From a virus, in IMG/VR virus record IMGVR_UViG_3300032883_000150, positions 1-38,019 of that record: a DNA stretch of 38,019 nt; one strand, written 5' to 3'. Position numbers and translations under genes: made by a program. Shown piece by piece: positions 13,584 through 22,409 of the stretch; the first letter of the stretch is position 1; the number at the start of each line of letters is the position of its first letter. The notes below the pieces were generated by a model. It was not told where the DNA came from. It saw only the letters and a program-made list of their open reading frames with translations, and made no database searches.

Positions 13584-14819
13584 TTAGATCACCTTCTCTA
13601 TGTCTTCAAGCAAGGCGTTCGCCGCCATGCCGCCTATCTGCTTCTTGGAGAACTGCCGCACGAACGGCACTCGGAGGCAAGTATATTCAAGATATGGATC
13701 GGTCATCGTGACCGCATAACTGTTGAGATCCACCGGGTCGGTGTGCGCGAAGATGTGCGTTACCGAGATGTTGGACAGGAGCTTTATCGGCCGCTCGCAG
13801 ATGAGGTCGTAGAACGTCTGCCCGGCCCCGGTCTTCACCGTCTTCGGGGTCACGGTGCCGTGGATGATGACCGGCCCCGTTCCCGGCGTCCATGTCCCCG
13901 CGCTGACATCGATGTTGCCTTGGCTCTTTATTTCTGAGATGTTCGTGGCGGTGATCGTTCCGTTCGCGCTCGCGGTTATTCCGCCGGTGCCTGCGTCGAT
14001 CTTCGCACCCGCCACGCTCGATGAGATGATGCCCCTGGTGGATGCGGTGATGGAGGTGGCGGAGAGGGATTTGCCATTCACATTCAGAGTCACGAAATTG
14101 TGGTTGCCACTATCTGTTACGAGGATGATGCCGGCACTCAAATCTTTGTCAAGAATATAACTCCGGGGCCCAGTTATTGACCAGTCGGCACCAAAGGTGA
14201 TCTTCAGGAGGCCAGAAATCGTCGGGAAACTAACGTGCTTGTCTGCATTATAAACTGCGAAGGCGATCTCAGCTGCCCCAGAACAATATAATGTACCAGA
14301 ACCTCCAACCAACGCAATAGCGTTCCAATGGGTATATATCGCCACCGAAGTGGTCAGCGAACCGTCAATGGTCAGCGTTCCTCGGAATGCGAAACAGGTG
14401 TTAATAGTATATGATCCAGTGAACCACCAATTCTGTCCAGCCGCAGTGACGCTGGATACGGTCCTGACCGTCTTTCCAACTCCAATCAATTTAATCCATG
14501 TAGTATCAGAATCAATCACCCCAGCGGTCTGCGTGAAGTTCCCCGAACACGACTGCCACCGAGTGTAAGCTCCCTTCCAACCCCCCCCCGCCATGCTGAA
14601 ATCCGAATACCCGAAATCGACAGCACCTTGCGTGATAGTGCCTGAGTAAGTGGCGGCGATCGTGAAGGTACCGAACGTGGCCGCTATGTCCCACGTACAG
14701 TTCTGGACCGAGGTTGCATCGAAAATAATGTTGTCGCCGGCGACGGGAGCTCCGACTGGGCTCCATGTTCCAGTGCTAGCGTTGCCCGCGCCGGCGTTGT
14801 TCCACGTCTTGTTCGCCAT
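13584..14819 (-). CDS. Beta-helix-like virion protein (head or neck fibre candidate), 411 aa
   Basis: N-terminus NKTWNNAGAGNASTGTWSPVGAPVAGDNIIF, then long Gly/Thr/Ser/Ile-rich repeats. Located between head genes and the connector. Confidence 0.55.
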   Translation of the reverse strand: MANKTWNNAGAGNASTGTWSPVGAPVAGDNIIFDATSVQNCTWDIAATFGTFTIAATYSGTITQGAVDFGYSDFSMAGGGWKGAYTRWQSCSGNFTQTAGVIDSDTTWIKLIGVGKTVRTVSSVTAAGQNWWFTGSYTINTCFAFRGTLTIDGSLTTSVAIYTHWNAIALVGGSGTLYCSGAAEIAFAVYNADKHVSFPTISGLLKITFGADWSITGPRSYILDKDLSAGIILVTDSGNHNFVTLNVNGKSLSATSITASTRGIISSSVAGAKIDAGTGGITASANGTITATNISEIKSQGNIDVSAGTWTPGTGPVIIHGTVTPKTVKTGAGQTFYDLICERPIKLLSNISVTHIFAHTDPVDLNSYAVTMTDPYLEYTCLRVPFVRQFSKKQIGGMAANALLEDIEKVI

Positions 14820-14849
14820 CGGCCCAGACCTTATTGATGCTCCTTCATC

Positions 14850-15233
14850 TCACCGATTGACCAGGTCGTAGATCACGTTCACGCCGCTGATGGCATAGGT
14901 CGCATCGCCGTTCGTTATGCGCGAGACGCGTATCGCCGTCATGGAGTTGACGTTGAGTATCTTAGGCAGGCCGACGACGCTGGCCGTTCCTGAGAGGGCG
15001 CAGGTGACCGTCTCCATCTCGCTCGTGGTCCAATTGTTGTCGCCCACGTTCACTTGGAAGGCGGCCGTGACCGTCCCCGAGGATGAGGCGTTCGCCCCCG
15101 TCGCCTTGACGGATACCGTCATCTCCCTGATGTTCTCCAACGGTTTCTCGGGCGTAGTGCTTGAATAGGTAGTATTGGCTGTGATCGTCAGATTGGAGCT
15201 GAAGAACGCTCCCTTGATGATGTTCGTTGGCAT
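14850..15233 (-). CDS. Small beta-rich virion protein (possible decoration protein)
   Basis: 127 aa, Thr/Ser/Asn-rich, in the head module. Preceded by GGAGGA. Confidence 0.45.
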   Translation of the reverse strand: MPTNIIKGAFFSSNLTITANTTYSSTTPEKPLENIREMTVSVKATGANASSSGTVTAAFQVNVGDNNWTTSEMETVTCALSGTASVVGLPKILNVNSMTAIRVSRITNGDATYAISGVNVIYDLVNR

Positions 15234-15260
15234 CTTGGTCCTCCGATTGGTAAGCTGTTT

Positions 15261-15288
15261 GCCGTCCCGCAGAAAAGGCCGGGACGGC
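15261..15288 (-). promoter_or_regulatory. Perfect 9-bp GC-rich hairpin in the post-capsid intergenic spacer
   Basis: GCCGTCCCG (15261-15269) pairs with CGGGACGGC (15280-15288), with a 10-nt loop. No U-run follows on the minus transcript. Confidence 0.4.
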
Positions 15289-15302
15289 GCGATCGTTAGT
15301 GT

Positions 15303-15470
15303 TTAGCCCCCTAGCTGCTTGAGCAGCATGCGGCAGATCTCCTTGACCTCAAGAGGCGTCAGTTCGGTCTTCTTGATGTTGACGGCCGCGCCATCGGTCT
15401 CGATGACCATCTCTCGCATCTTCGGTTTTTCCACCGCTTTCAACTCAAGTTCAGGTTCGGTTCCTTCCAT
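15303..15470 (-). CDS. Hypothetical mini-protein (55 aa)
   Basis: My translation is MEGTEPELELKAVEKPKMREMVIETDGAAVNIKKTELTPLEVKEICRMLLKQLGG, ending at TAA 15305-15303. Confidence 0.45.
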   Translation of the reverse strand: MEGTEPELELKAVEKPKMREMVIETDGAAVNIKKTELTPLEVKEICRMLLKQLGG

Positions 15471-15484
15471 TTTTCTCAGTTCCC

Positions 15485-16183
15485 CTAGACCGTGTACAAC
15501 GGGATGTGCTTCGATACTGTCCCGATCTTGACCAGGATGTAGCCGGCCTGTGTCGCGGAAACGGTCGTGGTCGTGTTGATGACGCTCGTAACCGCCGTGA
15601 AGCGGGCGAACGCAACGACTGGAGCACCGCCTGAAGACACATCGAGTATGTAGTCAAACGCCTTCGCTCCAGCGCCTCCGACATTTATCGCGGCGAAGTT
15701 CGTGATGGTCGCCGCCGCCGCGTTCGAGTTGATGACAAGCCCGTAAAGGTTCGTCGCTGTCAGGGTCGTCGCACATTCGACCGAGCATATCGCCGCCGCT
15801 TCAACGTAGGTCGTCGTTACAGTCCCGGACTGCTCGTATGCCGCCCACAATCCCGCGTGAACTCCGTTCGCTAGATTCGCTTTCACGCGCATCATGAACT
15901 GGCCGCCGAAGATCGATACGTCTGCGGTCTGCGCCTTGTTCACCAGGTATCGGCTATACACTCCAGCCTGAACTGTGAGTGCTGGTAGTACCGAATCGGT
16001 CGACTTGCACTCTGGATAGACGGAGAACAATCCCGCTGTGTTCCCATCGGGATCTGCGGGAATGGTCACGCCCATCGCTTGGCCGAACTCGCCGATGATC
16101 ATCGGCGCTTCGAGCTTGCACCCGTTCATGTCGGAGAAGATAGGACAGGCTGACCTTGCTTTCGTTCTTGGTCCGTTAGCCAT
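15485..16183 (-). CDS. Head-associated protein of unknown role (232 aa)
   Basis: Directly follows the capsid gene (GGGAGGTAAGGGAAC ATG). Ala/Thr/Val-rich. Confidence 0.5.
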   Translation of the reverse strand: MANGPRTKARSACPIFSDMNGCKLEAPMIIGEFGQAMGVTIPADPDGNTAGLFSVYPECKSTDSVLPALTVQAGVYSRYLVNKAQTADVSIFGGQFMMRVKANLANGVHAGLWAAYEQSGTVTTTYVEAAAICSVECATTLTATNLYGLVINSNAAAATITNFAAINVGGAGAKAFDYILDVSSGGAPVVAFARFTAVTSVINTTTTVSATQAGYILVKIGTVSKHIPLYTV

Positions 16184-16198
16184 GTTCCCTTACCTCCC

Positions 16199-17347
16199 TC
16201 ACGCCAGGTCGCGTATCTTGAAGTGCGGAGCGAAGGCCAATGCGGTCAGTTCCCCGAACAGGTCCAGGCTGTGCCTCTCTTCGAAGGCGTCGTGCAGTAT
16301 GGCGTTCGATATCGGGCTCGTCAGGTGCCTTACCGGGCTTGCGACGCGGTATTCCACGTGGTCCAGGCTGATGCCGTAGATACGGCCCGCTCCGTCCGCG
16401 ACCACCTGTGGGCTCTTGAAGATCGGGATGTCGTTGTAGGATGCGACCCTGCTCCCGGTCTCCCTGCCCTTCTCGCTCTGCACGCCGTTCACTCCGAAGG
16501 ACACGCTGATGTAGTCGTTGAACCGCTGGTTGCCGCTCACGAGAGCCGCCCAATCGGCCAATGTGTCGGACTTTGTCAGCATCGCCGCCCTCTCGGGCTT
16601 CATGCCGTAGTCCTCGGCCAACTGCATCTTCTCGTCGATCAGGTTCACGGTCAATGCGCGGTCCACCGCAGATGTTCCGTAGCCGACCTGAGCATCGTAG
16701 GTGTAGGTAGAGTCCCTGTCCAGGGTGTACCAGTCCACATCATTCGCGGTGTAGGATGCGTTCGCGCTGTCAGAGTTGTTGTCAACTTCGTATCCGCCTG
16801 CGATCATGCGGTCGAGCGATTCGGGCAATGCGTCCGCGGTCGTCCCGTTCTGGGTCAGGAGCGCCGTGTCGATGCACCTCGCGAAGAAGTCCATCGCATA
16901 CTGCGCCTGCCAGTTCGATTCTCCCCCGGCCTTGCCGTCCTCGGCCGCCGACTTGACCGTTGCCAATTCGGTGATGTCCCAGGTATAGTTCAGGCGCTTC
17001 AGGGTGATGTTGTAGGTCGCCAGGTCGGGCTTGTCGGTAGCTACCAATGCCCCGGTTTCTGCCACTCCGGCCGCTGCGGTCGCGTGCGCGGTGACGATGC
17101 GCACCCCGGACTTCGCGGTCTGGAAGTCTATCTTCGGCAATATCTTCCAAAGGACGCTGTTCTGGTCCAAATTCATAAAGGTTCTTGGACCGAGCATCGC
17201 CGTGGATACCGCCGTCGCATTGATCACGGGGTCGTCCTTCATGAGCAGGTCGCTCATGCGGCCCACGTCCACTCCTAGGGCGGAAAACTGCTTGCGATAG
17301 GCAGCTTCCACCATATCGTTGTAGGTCTTTACGCGGTTGTCGTTCAT
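16199..17347 (-). CDS. Major capsid protein (HK97-fold, by position and size)
   Basis: 382 aa, immediately after the prohead protease-scaffold. ATG 17347 preceded by GAGGCG (the ORF track starts at TTG 17359). Confidence 0.75.
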   Translation of the reverse strand: MNDNRVKTYNDMVEAAYRKQFSALGVDVGRMSDLLMKDDPVINATAVSTAMLGPRTFMNLDQNSVLWKILPKIDFQTAKSGVRIVTAHATAAAGVAETGALVATDKPDLATYNITLKRLNYTWDITELATVKSAAEDGKAGGESNWQAQYAMDFFARCIDTALLTQNGTTADALPESLDRMIAGGYEVDNNSDSANASYTANDVDWYTLDRDSTYTYDAQVGYGTSAVDRALTVNLIDEKMQLAEDYGMKPERAAMLTKSDTLADWAALVSGNQRFNDYISVSFGVNGVQSEKGRETGSRVASYNDIPIFKSPQVVADGAGRIYGISLDHVEYRVASPVRHLTSPISNAILHDAFEERHSLDLFGELTALAFAPHFKIRDLA

Positions 17348-17355
17348 GGTTCGCC

Positions 17356-18621
17356 TCAATTGTCGGGCACCAACGGTGCCTTCTTCTCGTTCAGGTCGCG
17401 CGCCATTTCCATTACAGACACTCCCGCGCTCTGACCCGCTAGCGGGCCCGAACTCTGAACGACGCCCTTGCGGTCGGGCTGTTGCCCCATCGCTACGGCG
17501 GGTGCCTGGGCTGCAGGCGCTGCCTCAGCCTTCGCGTTCAGTTTCTTCTCAGCCTCGATCGCCTCCATCTTCATTGTCAGCTCCCTGTTCTTGGCCTCGA
17601 CCTCTTCGTACTTCGCCTTGTAGTCGATGGCCGGTGCTGCCGGTTGCGCTGGCGGCGTTGGCGGCTGGGTCGGTGAAGCCGCGGCTTGCACCACGGCTGC
17701 GACTGGCTCCTTCTGTTCCTTCTGCATGTCTGGCTTCTTCTCTTCTGGCATCTTCAGTTCCCCTTTTCCTTCTATCTGGTGCTTGATGGCTCCACAGTAT
17801 GCCTCTGGATTCTCCTTGTCGTGGTTCTTCGAGACGCAGTCCGCGAAGTCGGCGTAATCGCCCATCGGCTTCATGAGCAGATCGGGCGGTGGTATGACGG
17901 ACCACCCTTTCTTCTTCAGGGATGCGGCGATGACGCTGTCGTTCAGAACGATCTCTTTCTCATCGCTGCCCTTGTTTACCCCATCCCCGTCAGGTATAAT
18001 GCTGCCCTCTGAGGCGGCCTCTGACGCTTTGGGGTAATCAACCTTTCGGATTTCGGGCAAACAGCCCTTTATCGCCATGATGAGGCTGCCCGTGTTCATC
18101 GGGTTGAAGACCAGGCCGACGTGATACAGTTCCAGGTCGTCTATCTTGTTGAAGCACATGCCCGACTGGCTGCAATAGCGGACTTTCGAGAGAGCCGAGC
18201 CGCCTATTGAGAAAGCTCGTATCGCGTCCTCGCCCTTGTAATCTGGATTGCGGCCTTTGACTATCCCGTCCATCGCGGCCTTGCCAGCCTTGGACTTGTT
18301 TATCTTGCCCTGTATCCAGAACTTGCGGGGGTTGCTGTCCATCAGGAAGGCCGCATCCGTCACCTTGCCGACGTTGATTCCGTCCTTGTGCCCGTAGGCG
18401 AGAGGCAGATCCACGCCGTCATCTTTCAGGCGGGCGAGGGCCTTCTGGAACGCCTCCATCGTTATCATGTCGCCCGCTTTGTCAATCCCTTCGATGCTCG
18501 CGAAGCCGCTGACAATGCCCGTTAATGGGTCGGCGCTGTCTATCTCGAAGTCGTATTGCCAGTTGCCTTTGTTCACGAATGGACGATTTGGGTCCGCCGA
18601 TTCAAGTTCCCATCCTGTCAT
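17356..18621 (-). CDS. Prohead protease (HK97 gp4/S78-like) fused to a coiled-coil scaffold domain
   Basis: N-half has GFASIEGIDKAGDMITMEAF...LPLAYGHK...AFSIGG. C-half is Lys/Glu/Ala/Pro-rich coiled coil. Strong SD AAAGGAGGA. Confidence 0.8.
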   Translation of the reverse strand: MTGWELESADPNRPFVNKGNWQYDFEIDSADPLTGIVSGFASIEGIDKAGDMITMEAFQKALARLKDDGVDLPLAYGHKDGINVGKVTDAAFLMDSNPRKFWIQGKINKSKAGKAAMDGIVKGRNPDYKGEDAIRAFSIGGSALSKVRYCSQSGMCFNKIDDLELYHVGLVFNPMNTGSLIMAIKGCLPEIRKVDYPKASEAASEGSIIPDGDGVNKGSDEKEIVLNDSVIAASLKKKGWSVIPPPDLLMKPMGDYADFADCVSKNHDKENPEAYCGAIKHQIEGKGELKMPEEKKPDMQKEQKEPVAAVVQAAASPTQPPTPPAQPAAPAIDYKAKYEEVEAKNRELTMKMEAIEAEKKLNAKAEAAPAAQAPAVAMGQQPDRKGVVQSSGPLAGQSAGVSVMEMARDLNEKKAPLVPDN

Positions 18622-18625
18622 GTTC

Positions 18626-18904
18626 CTATCCTCCTTTGAATGAAAGTATCAATGCGAAGTTCGATGCTATGGTCATCGCAACGATGCCGATCGCCCAGAG
18701 GACGATTTCCCGCTTGCTGACGGCCTTTTCGTCCAACTCCTTCTTGACCCGCTCCTGCTCGGCGATGCGCTGCTCGTGATTCGCGCACTTCGGCGAAGGA
18801 CACTGTATCTTATCGACCTTCCCCTCGATGCTCTTGAGCCGGGTGGCTATCTCGACCATGACCATTTCGGGTGTCATCCCTTGGTATTCCTCACCAAAGC
18901 CCAT
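18626..18904 (-). CDS. Small tail-anchored membrane protein (92 aa)
   Basis: C-terminal TM IVLWAIGIVAMTIASNFALILSF, with CPSPKC in the N-half. Confidence 0.55.
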   Translation of the reverse strand: MGFGEEYQGMTPEMVMVEIATRLKSIEGKVDKIQCPSPKCANHEQRIAEQERVKKELDEKAVSKREIVLWAIGIVAMTIASNFALILSFKGG

Positions 18905-18905
18905 G

Positions 18906-19367
18906 TCACAACCCTCCCACGTTCTTCTCGAAGATGGCGCTGGCTATCGCATCCGCTTGCTGCCTTGCCACCTCCACGCCCCCGCGCAGGAATGCCCGCG
19001 GAGGCATGCCCATCTGAATGACGTATTTCGCGAAGTGCTCGCCCTCGCCGTCGGTCCAATGAAGCGCCTTCTTGGTCTTCGGCGTGATAAGTATTGGCGC
19101 GCCTTCTGGCCCGTAGATTCCTGTGCCGAACTCGACGTACGACGCATAGGGTGCGGCATACCAAATGGTCGAACGCATCGGAACGGTCACATCATTGCCC
19201 GACCTCAGTTTGAGATTGCCGGACTTGACCGGACAATAGACCTGCGACCAATAGTAAGCGGTATTGCCGATCTCATGGGTGGTCTCGTTCAGAATGTCCG
19301 GGATCTTCGAGCGCAAGGCATCGAGGTGGGCGGCGAAGTCCTTGATATTGACCTCGATCCGGACCAT
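18906..19367 (-). CDS. HK97 gp10-family head-tail joining protein
   Basis: Motif VKSGNLK...YAAPYASYVEFGTG. ATG 19367 shares one base with the portal stop (TGATG). Confidence 0.7.
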   Translation of the reverse strand: MVRIEVNIKDFAAHLDALRSKIPDILNETTHEIGNTAYYWSQVYCPVKSGNLKLRSGNDVTVPMRSTIWYAAPYASYVEFGTGIYGPEGAPILITPKTKKALHWTDGEGEHFAKYVIQMGMPPRAFLRGGVEVARQQADAIASAIFEKNVGGL

Positions 19368-21673
19368 CAGACGCCTCCGAGCATCGGCCTGAGCACGAAC
19401 GTACATCGTTCATTCGGATGCAGACTGCCGCCATTCGACTTGGTCATCAGTTCATCCAAGGTGTATGGGCCATTGGCAGCGAATTCCATGCAACCGTCGC
19501 AAGCATCGGGCGCCGGAATCCAATCGTAGAGGGCCGTCCCCATTGGGTCTGCGGTCTTGTATGATTGCGCCCTGCCCTGGTTGGCTATGTAGGTCGCCTC
19601 GCTCCTTGCTATCCTTGCTAGTTTCCATGACTCGCCGTCGCTGACCTTGCGCATCTCATCGAGGGCTAGATGCCAGTCCGCCTTGCCCGGCTCGGTGAAG
19701 GTCTTCGCTATCGCATCGCTGAACGCCCTTTGCTGCGCATTGCCGAACTCCGGCAGGACCGATTGGACGCCCGGCCACTTGTTGAACAGGTAGTCGACCG
19801 CCGCATCCTCCCTTGCGGTCCATTCCACGCCCACGCCGCCCGCCTTGAATCCATCCGAATAGAGGCGGTCGACCGAGATTCGTGCCGATTTCACGAGTTC
19901 CTGTCGTAATTCTGCGACGATTTGGTCAGCTTCCTTCTGCAACCTCGCCGCGGTGGGGTCCTTCAAGGCCGCCATGCGTGCAATGCCATTGTCAATTATG
20001 GCCCTGTAAGTGTCATCCAGATTACGGTAGAACTCCAACTCGTCCTTGCGTAGCCCCGCGATCGCGGCGGCCGGGTCGATGTTGCGCGGACCCGGTGCCG
20101 ACTTCATGAGCAACACTAGATCGTCATATCGTGCGGCCTTGCCCGCCATTTTTGGGTTGCCCTCGAAGGCATTGGCGGGTGCCTGCCCTGGCGCTGGCCC
20201 GTTCACATTCGCGGACAAAGTGGGGGGTTGTGAAAACCCCGATTCAGGGGGGAAGCCTCCTGCAGAAGGGATCACCGCCGATTTCTCGGTCGGATAGACC
20301 CGCCCGTCCTCGTCTAACGCGGTATCGTAGCCTGCGTTCCTCCACGCCGCGGCCGCGCTCGCCCATGCCCCGGAGGTCTGAGCTTCCATCAGCTCGTCCT
20401 CCTCCTCGCCCGGTGGGAAGCCCATGTACCAGTTGACGACGTTGAACGCCTCGAACAGCGCCGAGTTGGTATAGGTCTCCGCCAGGCATATCTGTATCGC
20501 GGCGATGAAGTTGGCATTCGTTGCGCGCTGCATGTCAGGTTGCTGCCCCGACTTGCCCGACTCGATTATGCCGCCGACCACGGGCGCGACGCCGAAGGTG
20601 CGGTGTATCTCCTCGATATAGTTCTTGTACCAATCGAGCGACTGCATCTCGACCGGGGTGTCGAGCATCTTGATGAATTGGACGTCCTTGTTCTCAGGCA
20701 GGCCGACCCATGCCATCGCGTGCGGGTTCAACGCGACGCCCTTCTCCACTCCCTGGGCGAGGCGCTTGACGCTCTCATTCGGCGTGCCCTTGAACACCGT
20801 CAGCCCCTGCGGCGTGCGCTGGTCGCGGTAACTGTCATTGAACCATTCGTTCATGAGCAGGATGTTGCCGACCGGGAGCATTAGGCTGAGAAGCAGCGGC
20901 GTGCCGTTCAGGCGCGCCGCGGCGTGGAACAGGTGCCCGTGGATCATCTCGTTCTCGGCCCATCGGGCGGTGATACGTCCTGCGGATTCAATGAACTGAA
21001 CATAGGCCGTTTCCTTGAGCGGCATCCTATGGTCCGGGCATTTCATCCCGTGCCGTTGCGCCTCCTCTGCGGTGAACTCGCGGTCGAGCGGGCAGGAATC
21101 GCAGAAGTAGGTGTCGTCGCCGATGTTGCCCTTCTTGTCGTAGCGGATGGCGATGTTCCCGGCATCCTCCGCGTAGAGCGCCATCGGCATGCCGTCGTCC
21201 CCGTAGGCGATGGAAGTGAAGAAGTCGTCATACGTCAGGAGGTCGGTCACGTTGGCCTTGAGGATGTGCTGGAAGCTGCGCCGGTTCTTCCTGTCCGGCA
21301 TGAGGAGGAGTTGTTCGAGCGCCCTGTATTCGTTACGCTTCGGGTCGTCTGGTCCTATCTCCCCGTCGCCTTCGGGGTCCTTGGGGTAGAAGTCGAAGCA
21401 TCGGTCGTAGTATTTCGTGGTCCTCGTGACCTCGCGCCCTATGATCTCGATGCACGAGCGAACTGGGGCGCACCGTTCGACCATGCTCCTGAGGATGTAA
21501 GTCGGGACGCGCCTCTCCGCCTGCCCCGGCTGTTGCGGGCTGGACACCGCGTAGGCGAATATCTCCTCGGCGTAGGACTTCTGAGATGGGGCGTCCTTGC
21601 CGACCGATCTCTCATCGGCCTTCATGAGGACATCGAGCGCCCTCTGAACCCTTGTGCGAAGCGTCATGGACAA
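19367..21673 (-). CDS. Portal protein fused to an SPP1 gp7 / Mu F-like head morphogenesis domain
   Basis: 768 aa. C-terminus WKLARIARSEATYIANQGRAQSY...YDWIPAPDACDGCMEFAANGPYTLDEL...HPNERCTF is the MuF signature. Portal-sized N-part follows TerL. Confidence 0.85.
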   Translation of the reverse strand: MSMTLRTRVQRALDVLMKADERSVGKDAPSQKSYAEEIFAYAVSSPQQPGQAERRVPTYILRSMVERCAPVRSCIEIIGREVTRTTKYYDRCFDFYPKDPEGDGEIGPDDPKRNEYRALEQLLLMPDRKNRRSFQHILKANVTDLLTYDDFFTSIAYGDDGMPMALYAEDAGNIAIRYDKKGNIGDDTYFCDSCPLDREFTAEEAQRHGMKCPDHRMPLKETAYVQFIESAGRITARWAENEMIHGHLFHAAARLNGTPLLLSLMLPVGNILLMNEWFNDSYRDQRTPQGLTVFKGTPNESVKRLAQGVEKGVALNPHAMAWVGLPENKDVQFIKMLDTPVEMQSLDWYKNYIEEIHRTFGVAPVVGGIIESGKSGQQPDMQRATNANFIAAIQICLAETYTNSALFEAFNVVNWYMGFPPGEEEDELMEAQTSGAWASAAAAWRNAGYDTALDEDGRVYPTEKSAVIPSAGGFPPESGFSQPPTLSANVNGPAPGQAPANAFEGNPKMAGKAARYDDLVLLMKSAPGPRNIDPAAAIAGLRKDELEFYRNLDDTYRAIIDNGIARMAALKDPTAARLQKEADQIVAELRQELVKSARISVDRLYSDGFKAGGVGVEWTAREDAAVDYLFNKWPGVQSVLPEFGNAQQRAFSDAIAKTFTEPGKADWHLALDEMRKVSDGESWKLARIARSEATYIANQGRAQSYKTADPMGTALYDWIPAPDACDGCMEFAANGPYTLDELMTKSNGGSLHPNERCTFVLRPMLGGV

Positions 21674-21741
21674 TCAGTTGCATCCCCTTTTGTGTGAGTG
21701 TTCCATCCCATGGTAAAAAGGTGACGGTAAGGGGTTTGCGT

Positions 21742-22038
21742 CTAGCTCACGACGCCGCTGATGTCCTTGTTCATGTAGCGCAGGACGATGTTCACCATCG
21801 GAAGCGCGCCGCCAAGGATCAGGGCGAATTGCTCCGGGCTGAGGTATTGGTTCCCGAATTGGTCAATGACCATTCCAGCGATCGCGATCATGTTCGCCCA
21901 GAATATCTTGCTCTTGTAGAGCGGCTTGCCCGAGCCGATGTCCACGATCTTCATTCCCTTCGCGGCCAGCTTGGCTTCGAGTTCTTCCAACTCCGCCTTT
22001 TCCGCATCGATGTCCGCTTGCGTCAGTTCTTCTGCCAT
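21742..22038 (-). CDS. Small two-TM membrane protein (holin-like topology)
   Basis: ATG 22038 preceded by GGGGGTGAG. Acidic coiled N-tail, then IFWANMIAIAGMVIDQF and FALILGGALPMVNIVL. Confidence 0.5.
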   Translation of the reverse strand: MAEELTQADIDAEKAELEELEAKLAAKGMKIVDIGSGKPLYKSKIFWANMIAIAGMVIDQFGNQYLSPEQFALILGGALPMVNIVLRYMNKDISGVVS

Positions 22039-22060
22039 AACGTTCTCACCCCCTTTCCAG

Positions 22061-22369
22061 TCATCTCCTGAATGCCTCGTCAACGAACCTAGCATGCTGC
22101 TTCGAACGCATCAGCCGGGCCATCTCCAAAGGCATCCCTAAGCGAGAGTAGACCTTGTAGGGGTCTTCGCTTAGAGCCTTCGGTCGCGCCATCTTGAGCT
22201 TGGGGCGGTCGTTGGGCTTCATGGTCGGATAGTATTGCCAGCCGCAGTTCCAGCATTTGACCGGGCTGTCCGTCGCCCATGCATAAGCCTCAAGGCGCAG
22301 CCGGTCGTCAACCTCATCGAGGCGCTCGCCGCCGACGGTGAGCAACGCTCCGCAACGTCCGCACTTCAT
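22061..22369 (-). CDS. Zinc-ribbon protein (CGRC...CWNC), 102 aa
   Basis: ORF-track ORF. ATG 22369 lacks an SD and has a TATA-like box about 31 nt upstream. Confidence 0.65.
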   Translation of the reverse strand: MKCGRCGALLTVGGERLDEVDDRLRLEAYAWATDSPVKCWNCGWQYYPTMKPNDRPKLKMARPKALSEDPYKVYSRLGMPLEMARLMRSKQHARFVDEAFRR

Positions 22370-22394
22370 CGGGCACGACCTGACGCGATCAACC

Positions 22395-22404
22395 TAAAAT
22401 ATAT
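22395..22404 (-). promoter_or_regulatory. TATA-like box (ATATATTTTA on minus) upstream of 22369
   Basis: The only AT-rich patch between 22370 and 22409. Its spacing to the ATG matches the leaderless promoters at 3235-3337. Confidence 0.35.
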
Positions 22405-22409
22405 CGGTA

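Noticed and set aside
21674-21741. Terminator before the portal gene (T5 on the minus transcript at 21715-21719)
   Set aside because: Only five U residues, no promoter-like element downstream, and the portal has an SD consistent with read-through. Too weak to call.
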